NCBI GenBank assembly: GCA_918797485.1
Contig: CAKKNE010000006.1
Location: 2,170,001-2,234,000 of the forward strand
Length of the DNA: 64,000 nt
Direction of reading: 5' to 3'
From: Pelagomonas calceolata
Taxonomy: Eukaryota
Shown here: one piece after another, positions 41,254 through 51,900 of the stretch
Layout of the letters: the number at the start of each line of letters is the position of its first letter
Position numbering within the stretch: position 1 is the stretch's first letter
Program-made: the position numbers and the translations under genes
The notes under the pieces: generated by a model
What the model saw: only the letters and a program-made list of their open reading frames with translations
What the model was told of the DNA's origin: nothing
Database searches by the model: none

Positions 41254-42545
41254 TTAGTAGCGGCCGAACTTGCGCTGCAGCGCGAGCGCCTGCTTGACAA
41301 ATAAACGAACGCTCGCCCACGCGGACCCGGTGTATTTCTTTTTGAAATTCTGCCGGGTCTGGAAGTCGAAGCGATTGTTGAGGGGGGCGGGCATGAGAAA
41401 AAAATTCTCGAGGTCGTCGCAGATCGTGCCGAGGATGTGGTCGGTTTGGAAAAACCGATGCTTGACGAGGTTCTTGATGGTGTCCTCGGAGAGGCCGTAG
41501 TCGAACGCGTTGAGGGCCATCTTCTCGAAGAAGCCCTCGTAGCCGAAATTCTCGTTGAGGTAGCCCTTGAAATTGTCCCGCCACGTGCGGATGCTCCGGC
41601 GGGCCCCGCCGAATGCCGCGCGCGCCTGTGAGTGCCAATCCAAGTTCAATGTCAAGTTCAACGAAAAAAATTTACTCTCGTGCGAAACGGGCGACGGCCC
41701 GCCTCTCTCCTGCGGGCTCCTGCTCGTGTCAGCAGGATAGTCGAAGAAACAGGAAAAAGACGCGGGCGCTCACTTCCTCGTTCTCCTGGGCGTAGCGGTC
41801 GTCGGCCATGTGGAGCGCCCCCTTTTTGGGGTTGCGGATGACATTGGCGGCGTCCGCGAAGGGGATGGGCTTGCCGTTCGCGCCGAACAATTTGAAGCCC
41901 TTCTTCCTACATAACTTCCTCAAACCCTCGTCGAGGGCCTGCACCATGGTGACGTCGCCTTCCGTGTCGAGGATGACCTGCTCGCGCTCACACTCCGCTC
42001 TCCAGTGCCCCATGCCCTTCCACTTGAACTCGCCATCTTTCATCCGCGCGGCCACGTCCAGGAGCGCGTTTCGGCGCCGCGCGCGCCGCGCGCCGTTCTT
42101 CGACCTACGTGATGCGAGTGTAGAGAACGTGAGCGTAGGTCGTCGTGACGCCGTAAATCCACTGCTTGAACGCTTCTAAGAGGGCCTTGGCTTTTTCTTT
42201 TTCGTCCATGCCCTCGTAACAGATCGCGACTGTGAGCTCAAAGTAGCGCGCCGCGCCCTGGCGCTGCGCCTCTATGACGACGTAGGACCTCGTCTTCGTG
42301 TCGTCCCGGACCGGCCTTAATTTATTTCCTTTCGGCGTCTTAGCATACTGCGGTTTTGGGCCGTGCCACGCCGTCGCGCCGTCGACCATGTCGACCTCCG
42401 TCAGCTCTTGAGAGTTAACCATGCCTTCGGTCTTCGTCTGCTTGCGCGTGCGCTTTTTTTCCGGCGACGCGCGCGCGCCGCCGCGCGTCTGGTCGCGGTT
42501 CTTGTCGGCCTCCTCGCGGCGCGCTTTCGCCAGTACCGAATGCAT
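41254..42545 (-). CDS. Orphan protein with C-terminal HNH-like motif; exons 42545-42163, 42104-41774, 41625-41254 (361 aa)
   Basis: Two GT..AG introns join three ORFs in frame; QTDHILGTICDDLENFFLMPAPLNNRF resembles DHI..N..N. Confidence 0.7.
41626..41773 (-). mobile_element. Probable introner-derived intron (148 nt)
   Basis: Donor octamer GTGAGCGC vs downstream exon GCGCGCGC (6/8); ends CCGCGTC..GATTGGCACTCACAG. Confidence 0.6.
42105..42162 (-). mobile_element. Possible introner-derived intron (58 nt)
   Basis: GTGGATTT + ACGGCGTC ... CACGTAG; same 8-nt + (C/A)CGGCGTC layout as the 44690 and 54309 introns; removes a stop and fixes the frame. Confidence 0.55.
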
Positions 42546-42647
42546 CGTTTTGCGTGAGTGATTTGTTCAATATATAGCGCGCTTTTAGGTCCTGTGAACT
42601 CGCCGTTCACGGCGTCAAAGTTGTGCGTTTAAAATCGATGCTTGTCC

Positions 42648-42669
42648 CTAGTGTCTTACACGCCGCTAG
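42648..42669. promoter_or_regulatory. CTAG-N14-CTAG intergenic motif
   Basis: CTAGTGTCTTACACGCCGCTAG about 100 bp upstream of the start at 42545. Confidence 0.6.
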
Positions 42670-42697
42670 CCGAAAAGAAGGTGTCAACTAACCCCAC

Positions 42698-44071
42698 TTA
42701 CTTACCCCCACCAACAAGCAGCGCGTGCTTCTTCTTCCCCGACGAGAGCTTCACCTCGGCGCCGGCCAGCGCGACCTCCTGCTCGACGTCCTCTACCTTC
42801 ACGCCGTCGACGCGCGCGCCGCCGCCCTTGATGAGACGTTTAGCTTCGCCCTTGGACTTGGCGAACTCGGCCGCGATTAAGGCGTCGACCACTGAAATCG
42901 AAGCCTCGGCGACCTCGACGCGAGGCAAATCTGCGAGGTTCCCGCCCTTGTTCTTGAACAACGAGTCCGCCGTCTCGTGGATCGCCGGTAGACAGTCCGC
43001 ACCGTGCAGTAAAGTAGTGCACTCGTCCGCGAGGCGTCTTTTCAGCGCATTCACAAAGGTAGGTCCTGTTTCCGTGGCGAGTTGGCCCGCCATCTCCTCG
43101 ATCTCGCTCAACTCGAGCTCCGTGAACAGCTTCATAAATCGAATCACGTCGGCGTCCGCCGAATTGCGCCAGAACTGCCAGTAGTCGAAGGGACTCAGTT
43201 TCTCGGGCGAGAGCCAGACCGCGCCTGCCGCCGTCTTGCCCATTTTGCGCCCGTCGGCGGTCTGCAACAACGGGGCCGTCAGACCGATGACCTTGCCCTG
43301 CTCGACGCGGCGCGTGAGCTCGACGCCGCTGACAATATTACCCCACTGGTCCGACCCGCCCAGTTGGAGCTCGACGCCCTCCCTCCGGTAGAGCTCGAGG
43401 AAGTCGTAGGCCTGCAGCAGCATGTAGTTGAACTCGAGAAAAGACAGGGGCTGCTCCCGCCCCAACCGCTGCTTGACGCTCTCAAACGATAACATGCGGT
43501 TCACCGTCACTTGCGCGCCCACCGTGCGCAGGAACTCCACATAACCCAGCGAATCCAACCAATCAGCGTTGTTCACCAGGATCGCTTTATCCGTACCAAA
43601 TTCAATAAATTTGTCGAAGACGCTAGAGATGCCGTCTATATTACTTTGGATTGTAGCTTCATCGAGCAATTGGCGGGACTCGTCTTTGCCCGACGGGTCG
43701 CCGACCTTCGTCGTGCCGCCCCCAACGAGCACGACGGGCCGGTGGCCGTGCTTCTGCAATAATCTCAAGATCATGATCTGGAGCAGCGAGCCGACGTGTA
43801 ATGAGTCGGCAGTCGCATCAAAGCCTAAGTAAGCGGAGACCCTGCCTTCCGTGAGTTTTTCATCTAACCCTTCAATGTCGGTGCACTGCGCGAGGTAGCC
43901 GCGGCTGGCGAACTCGCGGAGGAAGGGCGACTTCGCTTGTAAGGCTTTGTCCATGTCAGCATCGGTGGCGACCGCCCGCAACACGTGCGGCCGCCGCCGC
44001 ACCGCGGCGCGCGCCGTCAGGCCCGCCACGCGGCCGAGGCAGGCGTACATGAGCACCAATGCCGAGCGCAT
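42698..44071 (-). CDS. tyrS: Tyrosine-tRNA ligase, bacterial type (organellar)
   Basis: YLGFDATADSLHVGS, LQLGGSDQWGNI, KMGKT, C-terminal S4-like domain, N-terminal targeting leader. Confidence 0.97.
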   Translation of the reverse strand: MRSALVLMYACLGRVAGLTARAAVRRRPHVLRAVATDADMDKALQAKSPFLREFASRGYLAQCTDIEGLDEKLTEGRVSAYLGFDATADSLHVGSLLQIMILRLLQKHGHRPVVLVGGGTTKVGDPSGKDESRQLLDEATIQSNIDGISSVFDKFIEFGTDKAILVNNADWLDSLGYVEFLRTVGAQVTVNRMLSFESVKQRLGREQPLSFLEFNYMLLQAYDFLELYRREGVELQLGGSDQWGNIVSGVELTRRVEQGKVIGLTAPLLQTADGRKMGKTAAGAVWLSPEKLSPFDYWQFWRNSADADVIRFMKLFTELELSEIEEMAGQLATETGPTFVNALKRRLADECTTLLHGADCLPAIHETADSLFKNKGGNLADLPRVEVAEASISVVDALIAAEFAKSKGEAKRLIKGGGARVDGVKVEDVEQEVALAGAEVKLSSGKKKHALLVGGGK

Positions 44072-44546
44072 GAGCTGCTCAATTTGCGCGGCGGCGACGC
44101 GGCGGCAGCCTACGCACTCGCACAGTTCCCTGCGTTTCGGGCCTCTTTCGACTCCTGCGAGCCGGTTTTACGCGTTTCGCACTGTGCGGCGCGTGGTGAG
44201 CACGTTTGCAGTCGTGCTGGAGCAACAAGCAGAGTCGAGGTGCTCACCGTCCTCGGACTGCCCGCTCGGTTACAGCTGTAAGCGCTCTCGCCGTTCAAAA
44301 GCACCAACGGTCCACGAGCGACCTGCACAATCGCTATCGCGGCGACGCGTGAAGCTGCCACTGTGGGAGAGCACAATCTGTGCAGGGCCTGCTGGGAGAG
44401 CCGGCGGCGAGCGCGACCGCGAAACGCCGACGCCGCGCCGCTAGCGCGAGCAGCTCTCGAAACCGGAGCCTCGCCGCTCCCGCACGCCGCCGCGCGACGG
44501 TAAGCGTATGCGTCGACGACTGGCCGGCTGCCTCGCGACCGCGCAG

Positions 44547-45123
44547 ATGGCCTCCTGCCTCTTCCCACCGAACCTGTCCGACGGACCCACAAATTTACCG
44601 CTCGCCGAGGACATCGAGAAGAACCCGACGGTCTTTGGGGAGCTGCTGCGCGGCGAGGCGCCCATCCGGAAACTGCACGAGTGCGACGCGTCGCGACCCG
44701 GCGTCCTTGGAGCGCCTGCGTACGCCATCGACGAGTCCGTGCCTGCTCGATGGTGTGCCACGTAGGTATCTCGCCTTTCGCAACGTGAAGAACTATGCAC
44801 CGCTTGCTGGGTTGGTCATTCCAAAGCGGCGGCGGCCGCAGGACCCCGACGGCTTGAAAAAGGCCGACGTAGCGCTCTTGGAGGACATGCGGCGCATCGC
44901 CCTCGAGGTGTGCCAACGGGAGCAGCCCGAGGCCTTCGCGGCGAACGACTACTGGCTCCGCTTCCACCGAAGACCCTGGCACAGTGTCGATCACCTCCAC
45001 CTGCACGTGCTCGCGCCGGCCTCCAAAGTATCGAGCTGGACGGCGTTCATATTCCTGGCGGGCTCACCGTGGAGCCTCGACGCCGACGCTCTTTTAGAGA
45101 AGCTCCGTCGAAGCCGAGAGTAA
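44547..45123 (+). CDS. HIT family hydrolase (HINT3/aprataxin-like); exons 44547-44689 and 44766-45123 (166 aa)
   Basis: Spliced LHECDAYLAFRNVKNYAP..LVIPK; FHRRPWHSVDHLHLH histidine triad. Confidence 0.85.
44690..44765 (+). mobile_element. Decayed introner-family intron (76 nt)
   Basis: GTCGCGAC CCGGCGTCCT..ACGCCATCGACG..GCTCGATGG..CACGTAG; an intron here is required to restore the HIT frame. Confidence 0.75.
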
Positions 45124-45149
45124 ATGTTTGTTGTCATACAAGTCGGTCC

Positions 45150-45581
45150 TTACACGTAGACGCCTCCTCCGGCCTGGACGGGTCCGCTCAGCACGCTGAT
45201 CAGCGTGGGCAGGAAGGCGAGGGCCGCGATGACCGCGAACCAGAAGACCGCGTCTTTGGACAGCGACGGCGCCCGCGGCATGGAGTTCGCCGCGCGCGCG
45301 GCGCCGCGCTGGACGCTCCGGGCCGCGTCCGTCGCTTTTCTTTTTGCGACCCTTCCGGTCCGCTCGACCTCGAGCCCGACCTCGTTCAGCTTCGCGGCCT
45401 TGCCCGTCTCGCCCCTTTTCAAGCGCTTGAACTCCTCGTCCCAATCGACCTCGCCGGGGCTCACCTCTGGGAGCTCGTCGGCCTGGCGCAGCGTGATCGC
45501 TCGCCGCGGCGCCGCGGGCTGGACAAATGCTACCGCGGTCGCGACGAGCGTGGCCGCGGCGATGGCGTGGCGGGGCGGCAT
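45150..45581 (-). CDS. Small putative plastid-targeted membrane protein
   Basis: Signal + AVA-F motif, VDWDEEF, C-terminal TM. Confidence 0.7.
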   Translation of the reverse strand: MPPRHAIAAATLVATAVAFVQPAAPRRAITLRQADELPEVSPGEVDWDEEFKRLKRGETGKAAKLNEVGLEVERTGRVAKRKATDAARSVQRGAARAANSMPRAPSLSKDAVFWFAVIAALAFLPTLISVLSGPVQAGGGVYV

Positions 45582-46157
45582 CGTTATACGGGCGTGGGTA
45601 CGCCGCGAGTAGCAGACTTGCGTGTTACGGCTTTCTGCTTTGGGAATCGCACGGCGCGTGCGCGGGAGTCCGAAAAAGTTACTGCTCGGCTGGCGATGGT
45701 GACTGCGAGTCTGCCCCGCGTCGCTGTTTCGTTACTAATTCGCTAGGCAAGTGTGCGAGCCGTGTCTTTTACAGGCTCCGCGAAGACTAGCGTATCGAGA
45801 GACACTAGCACGAGGCAGACGCCGTCCTGAGGCTTACAGACGGGTCGAGAGGATTCGGAGGAGGTCGCGGGAGCGCTGGGGGAAGGCCGCGCGACCAGCA
45901 GCTCGGAGCAAAACGCTGCCTTCGTCTCCGCAGGCAAGCTCATCTTCGGGGTCCTTAGAAGACAGACACGGCAGCGCACGAGGGCTTCTGAAAAGAACTG
46001 TCGGGGTCGGACACAGACGCGAACTCTAAAGAACCGGAGGCCCGCAGATCCAAGAGGGAGAGCATCCAAGTGCTACTCACCTCGGCAGCCGACGCCCGCC
46101 CTCTGACGACCTCAAACGCGCCGACGACTCGAGCCGACGACCAAAAAAACAAACAAC

Positions 46158-47873
46158 ATGGAGCCCGACGAGTTAGAGCCGCCGCTCCCGCCGCCGCCGC
46201 CGCCCCAGCCAATCATCGAGGAAGAGGAAGGCGAGCGCATGTGCCGCTACTGCTTTGATGGAGAAGAGGAGGGCGAGCTCATAGCGCCCTGCGCCTGTAA
46301 GGGTGGCCAGCGCTGGGTCCACCTCGAATGCCTCCGAAGGTGGCAGCGCATGGTTTTAGTGAGTCAACCGACCCACCCCATGTTCCACGGCGACGACCTA
46401 CGACAGCAGACCTGCAACGTGTGCAAGCAGCCTTATACTTGTGAACCGCCCACGAGGCACGACCTCATGAGAAGTTTTACGGGGGTCGAAATTGCGTCCC
46501 TCGTCGACGTCGGTTGTATCATCGCGGCGGGCGAAGAGTTCTCGAGGGAGCTGGAAGAGCAGTTGGATGGCATGCCTCCTTATCTAAGGCATGCGTCCAG
46601 TTACGAGCACTGGTGTCGCTCGGCTTATGTGATTACTGGTGTCCAGGACGATGATGGTTTATATGAATTAACGTTGGACACGGAAAGATCTCTCGAGAGG
46701 TTACGGGAAGCTCTTGGTGCAGATGGTGCTACGGTGTCCTTGCGAGGCAAGCGGTTACGGGCGACGGCTCGTGGTTCCCTGGAGGGCGCCGAGGACATCG
46801 GCGAAGCGCTGGCAGCTCTAGAAGCGCCGGCGACCGTCGTATTGATAGAAGTGAACGCCGATGGGTCACCTACCCCAAGATCTTGCGGCGACGACCACGT
46901 CGCCGCGGTGAACGTGTGTCGGCCTCTACCGGAGGACTGGGACAATCCGCGGAGTAGAGCGGCCGTCGCGACCGCACTCGATTCTATTTCCACGAAGTTC
47001 GGCGCCGAATGGCGCGAAGAATGCGACAAAGTTCGACTAGTACATCATGTGGGCGGGCCGTGTGATGCGAGGAGTATCGTGAGGTGCTTCGTGCTTGGGA
47101 CGGGCGGGGCGCGGGGCTACTCCATCGTCGAATCCTTACCGGACGCGATGCTTTTGGCGGCGCGCCTGGCGAAGAAGGCCTCTGAAAATCGCGACCTGAG
47201 TCAGGGCATCGGCCCCGGCGCGCGCGTGCGCCTCCAGAACCTAGCCACGGCGACGGAGCTCAACGGTGTTTTAGGTGTGGTACTAGACACAGCCCGGGGC
47301 GACCGCTGGAAGGTGGCCTTAGCTTCCGAAGATGGCACGTCTAGAATTGTTACTTGTAGACCAGAAACACTTATCCCAGAAACCTCCTCCTTGTACGGCC
47401 ATCCGCCGACACCGATCGAACAGAACGAGTCGTCGGACGACGACGAGTCCATGGACGGCGGCATCGAGGCCGCGCCGCCGGCCGAGCACGGCGCGCCCAT
47501 CACTTCGGACGCGACGCCGGCGACGGGCACGGTCCTGTGCTTCTGGGGCGACGCGCGCTGGTCGCGGACTCAATTACTGGGGGAGATCGCGCGGGGGCAC
47601 TGGGGCATGTGCCGCGCCTACGCGCGCGACGTCCACGCCGCGCCGGACCAGCGACGGAGCGGGCTCGAGGACCGGCTGGTCTTCGCTCCTGTCACGGCGA
47701 TGACCGAGGAGAGCATCGTGCGCGCGCGGACGCAGATGCGGCCGCTGCGCGAGCAGGCGCGCCTGGCGGCTCAGGGAGAAGAGGGTGCCGCCGAGGACGC
47801 GGCGTCGCCGCGGCGCGCGTCGGACGCGTCGAACGAGCCGCCGCCGCCGCCCTCGCCGATGGGCTCGCCCTGA
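46158..47873 (+). CDS. RING-CH (RINGv) protein with DUF179/AlgH-like motifs
   Basis: CRYC..PCACKGGQRWVHLECLRRW..CNVC; VGGPC and FWGDARWSRTQLLGEIARGHW. Confidence 0.85.
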   Translation: MEPDELEPPLPPPPPPQPIIEEEEGERMCRYCFDGEEEGELIAPCACKGGQRWVHLECLRRWQRMVLVSQPTHPMFHGDDLRQQTCNVCKQPYTCEPPTRHDLMRSFTGVEIASLVDVGCIIAAGEEFSRELEEQLDGMPPYLRHASSYEHWCRSAYVITGVQDDDGLYELTLDTERSLERLREALGADGATVSLRGKRLRATARGSLEGAEDIGEALAALEAPATVVLIEVNADGSPTPRSCGDDHVAAVNVCRPLPEDWDNPRSRAAVATALDSISTKFGAEWREECDKVRLVHHVGGPCDARSIVRCFVLGTGGARGYSIVESLPDAMLLAARLAKKASENRDLSQGIGPGARVRLQNLATATELNGVLGVVLDTARGDRWKVALASEDGTSRIVTCRPETLIPETSSLYGHPPTPIEQNESSDDDESMDGGIEAAPPAEHGAPITSDATPATGTVLCFWGDARWSRTQLLGEIARGHWGMCRAYARDVHAAPDQRRSGLEDRLVFAPVTAMTEESIVRARTQMRPLREQARLAAQGEEGAAEDAASPRRASDASNEPPPPPSPMGSP

Positions 47874-48209
47874 TAGTCCCTTCCCTTGCTTGTTAACCCC
47901 CGAAGTAAGTCACATACTACTCCTCGGCTCGTGTGCTGCCGCGCGCCGGCGGGAAATGAGAGCGAGCACCCGGGGGCGACGGCGTATGAGGGCTGGGGAC
48001 GGTCGCGAATGCGGTCGCGTCGGCTCCGCGCTAGGTGGCCTAGCCGAAGCAAAGCAAAAGAAGTTCATTTTCCGAGAGCTGTGTTGTGAGACATCCAGGG
48101 CAGGATGTGTATGGATACACCCGTCAGGCGTCGTGCGGGGCCGTTGCGAAGGGCAGCAAACGAAGGGCTGGCCGATAAAAAGCCGCCAAGCGCACACATA
48201 TTAACCAAG

Positions 48210-48932
48210 ATGGCTGCCCCGCGGCAGCCGTTGCGGCCGCGCAACGTCGACGACGCGGCGCGGCCGCCCCTGAAGCCGCGCGGCGTGGACACGACGCCCC
48301 AAAAGCTGCGCGCACGACACGAGACGGATGATGAGCGGCTGCGCGACGCGGACGACGACAAGACTGATGAGAGGCTCCCCCAGAAACGGATCAGGCTCCT
48401 CCCCAAGAAACGTATCAGGATGCTGCCCGCGCGCGACGAAAAGTGGACCGCGCCTTTACATTCGCCGGAACGCGACCGCCCGCCGGACCTCGACGCGAGC
48501 ATGGACGGCAGCATCGTCATGGCCCTCGCGACGCCAACACAAAGCTCACCGGTCGTGGAGGAGGCGCCGACGGAGCCGCCGCCGGCGTCGATGGGCGCCG
48601 TGGCCAAGCTCGGCTCCCTGGCCGCGCTGGCAAAAGTTCTGAGGAAGCCCTTCGACGCGGCCACTCAACATGTTTTCGACCTCTATAATAGGACGTGGCG
48701 CGACTTCGACGCGAGCGGTCGGGCGCCGCCGGCGAAACCCGGCGCCGAGCTATCGGAGGACGAGGTTAGAAGGTTACGCGGCGGCCTCGCGGTGCCCATC
48801 GTCGATGCGCCGGTATCGGCCGTAAAGCCGCCGCCGGCGCCGCCGCGCAAGTTCCGCCTGAAGAGTCTGTTGAAAGTCTTCCGGTGGAAGAAGTCGTCGC
48901 GCATCGCGCCGGCACCCGCGCCTAACACCTAG
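48210..48932 (+). CDS. Hypothetical Pro/Arg-rich protein
   Basis: ATG in CCAAGATGG context; 240-aa ORF filling the gap. Confidence 0.55.
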   Translation: MAAPRQPLRPRNVDDAARPPLKPRGVDTTPQKLRARHETDDERLRDADDDKTDERLPQKRIRLLPKKRIRMLPARDEKWTAPLHSPERDRPPDLDASMDGSIVMALATPTQSSPVVEEAPTEPPPASMGAVAKLGSLAALAKVLRKPFDAATQHVFDLYNRTWRDFDASGRAPPAKPGAELSEDEVRRLRGGLAVPIVDAPVSAVKPPPAPPRKFRLKSLLKVFRWKKSSRIAPAPAPNT

Positions 48933-48937
48933 TAGTA

Positions 48938-51900
48938 TCACCTCCTTAGCCACGCGATACTCAAAATCAAAACCCACCAAGTAGATGGACGCCCGCGACA
49001 CGCGGCACAATAGGCCCATAAAAACGAACAGTCCTCGCCGCCCCAGCGCTGGTACGGCCGCCAGTTCTGGTAGGGCGAGTAGATCATCTCGCACGTGCAC
49101 AATCCTGTCGTATGATTGCAGAGACCATTCGGATAGCTACAGTTGTTCAGGCACACTTGGTACTGGCAATGTTTCCCATAGTACCCCGGGTCGCAAATAC
49201 ACCGAGACACGGGAAACTCCACGGAGCAGTGGCCTCGATGCGAACAGTTGTGGTCGCAGTCTCGTATGCTACAATCATCATTGATGAAGGGCGGCGCGCA
49301 CTGGCACGTCCCGAACCCATCACAAATGCCATTCGACTCGCCAAAACTTCCATCTTGCCGGTGCGACGCGAAGGTACACGGCACGCGAGGCACGTCGACT
49401 TGATATTTATCATGCTCAGTATGATTGTACCCGGCCTGGCAGCAGTGCTGGCAGACCTGTTCGTTCGTGTCCTGGTCGACGTAACAAAAATCACCGGGAC
49501 AGCTGATGTTCGAACAGTCCGCCCCATAATAACCGCGGTGGCACTGGCAGAAACCGTAACTACAATTACCTTGATTGTTGCAGTTGTTCGGACAATCATG
49601 CACACCCAACCGCCACATGTCATCGAGCACGACGGATGGGAAGGTGTGGTCCGTGGTCTGTTTCTGCTCGACGCCATAACCGACCCCACCGAACATGTAG
49701 ATCTCGCCTAAGGCTCGCGTATTCGTCGTCCACCGGCCCAGATGCGGCACCAGAATAGCAGCATGGTCAGACCTTTGGTTAGGTCTCAGGTACTGGAGAC
49801 CCGTATCTAAAATCAGAGAAGCATTGGAAGGACACTCGAATCTGTCAGGAAACTTCTGCCTTTCCCCGGGATACAAGCCCGGTTCGTTCGGGTGCACCCC
49901 AAAGCACGTATCTCGACAGCCGTCCCAGCCCGGCGCCCGTCTCCTTTTTTGCGGTATTAATACGGACCCATTCGCTCGTCCGTTCAACCCATCCGGCGCT
50001 TTAGGGTGCCACCCCAGCGTGCCACCCCTTGTAGCATCTCCATACACAGAAGTACACCTTCTATAATACACGCCTCGATAGGCCTCGAAGTCCTGCCTGA
50101 ACTTCTTACCATTTTTAATCTCGGGAAGAGATTTGTTGTACGATACGGTGTAATTCTCGAGAAAGGCCACGTCTCGACTGAGATCTTGCGACCAGAAGCT
50201 ACACTCCCTATCGTCAAATTGTTTAGTACCGCAATCCCTACGCCGAAAGTGGTCCTTGAGCCAGTCCTCGTCCCAATACCTAGGTCCGGTGACCCACTGG
50301 TTCGGTCCTGTTGCGGCATACTTGACGATGGGGTCCCCGAACTTCGGCTTATCTACCTGTGGGTCGGGCCTGGGCCCGTCCTTGTCGACGATGCCGTAGA
50401 AGGGAAAGGCCGAAAACTCGATATATTTCGACTTCTTGATGCACGTCGACGACGCCTCATGAAAGCTACAATCACCATCTACTCTACACGACATCATCCT
50501 GTCATGTGAACAAACGGCCATATTTAACAAATGGACCATCTTCGTGTTGTTCGGGTCGAGCGACCACCAGTCGAAGCCCGCACAGCCCTCGTCCGCCTCG
50601 GACGCGCACGCGGCGGCCCCTCCCACTAACTGCGCCGGGGCCACGGACGTCCCGACTAATGGGGGAGAGTCCTTCTTCGTCGAGTCGACGGCCATGTCCG
50701 TCTTCGAGACGACGACCACATGGATCGTGTCGTACAAATCACTCAGGTCGTGGCGCTGCGCCTGGACGAGGCCGTCCGGTCGGACCGGTCGCGCGTAATC
50801 GAGCAAAAAGCAACTCGAGTTCGCAATAATTTCGTCGTCGTCCGTGCAGCCCGGCGGCCACAGCGGGTGGACCTGTTGTCTTTTTTCCAACCATCGTGTC
50901 TTTCGGGTATCAAACAACCACGTATCATCGAAGTGGTGCGACCCGTTGTACCCGCCAAAAACTATCAACATGGGGCCGAAGCACGCCCCATCATCATCGA
51001 CAGAAGATCGGCAGTAGCCCATGTCCAGGACCATGCTCATGTCCGTGCGCGGGGCCGGTACGTCACTGCTAAGTGGTACGAGCAGGGTCCAATACCCTGT
51101 GGTTAGGTTGTAGACCCACAAATCATTCAAGTAGTAGGGATAGTCGGGAAAGGGAATGAAGCCCTTCGCGTTCGGCTTCGCCGCCGCGCCCCATCCACTG
51201 CCGGGACCATCCGTGGACAGGTAGGGGAAAAAAGTAGTGTAGCCGCCGAACACATAAACTCCGCCGTTTTTGGCGTCCAAAGCTGACGTATGCCCTGCGC
51301 GCGCCGTGGGCCACTCGACCTCGCAGTTCTGGTCGTCGCGGCCTTCCCACGTCGCGCCCGGCTCGTCGACGCACGTCGCTTTGCCCGTATAATTCCGCCA
51401 GAGCCCTAGTCCTGCACTGCTTGTAGGCATCGGTTCATCTGGATTCAATAACCTTTTATTGTAGACCCAGAGGTCGTCCATGTAGCCCCCGTCCGGTAAC
51501 TCCTCATTCGACCGCCATCTATTATCCTCACTATTGTCGCGCGCAAAGCCGTGCCACAGCCGAAAACCGCCAAAGATGTAGAACCGCCCACATTCAATTT
51601 CATCTTGATTTTGTTCTTCGAGTGCCTTCGGGCAGGGGTACCTTTGGCCATCACTGACAAGTGAAAACCGCCACCGCTTGCCCGGCGCGTCGCCAAACGC
51701 GAACTTCCCCACCTCGTAGATCTCCATCCACGTGTTGTCGCGCACGTCAAAGGCCCACAGATCATCACAATAATCCTCGCATCTTTGGGAAAAGCCGCCG
51801 TACACGAGCATCGTACTATCATCAAACATGGAAGCACCATGCCTCCACCTCTCCGAAGGGTGCGTGCACACTTCGCGCCCGAGCACATACCTACAACCGC

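Noticed and set aside
38321..42697. Autonomous transposase for the introners
   Set aside because: No DDE/hAT motifs recognised in any ORF and no matching TIRs at the island edges.
44500..44546. GTAAGC..CGCAG candidate 47-nt 5'-UTR intron of the HIT gene
   Set aside because: Plausible but cannot be distinguished from translation starting at the in-frame ATG 44508.
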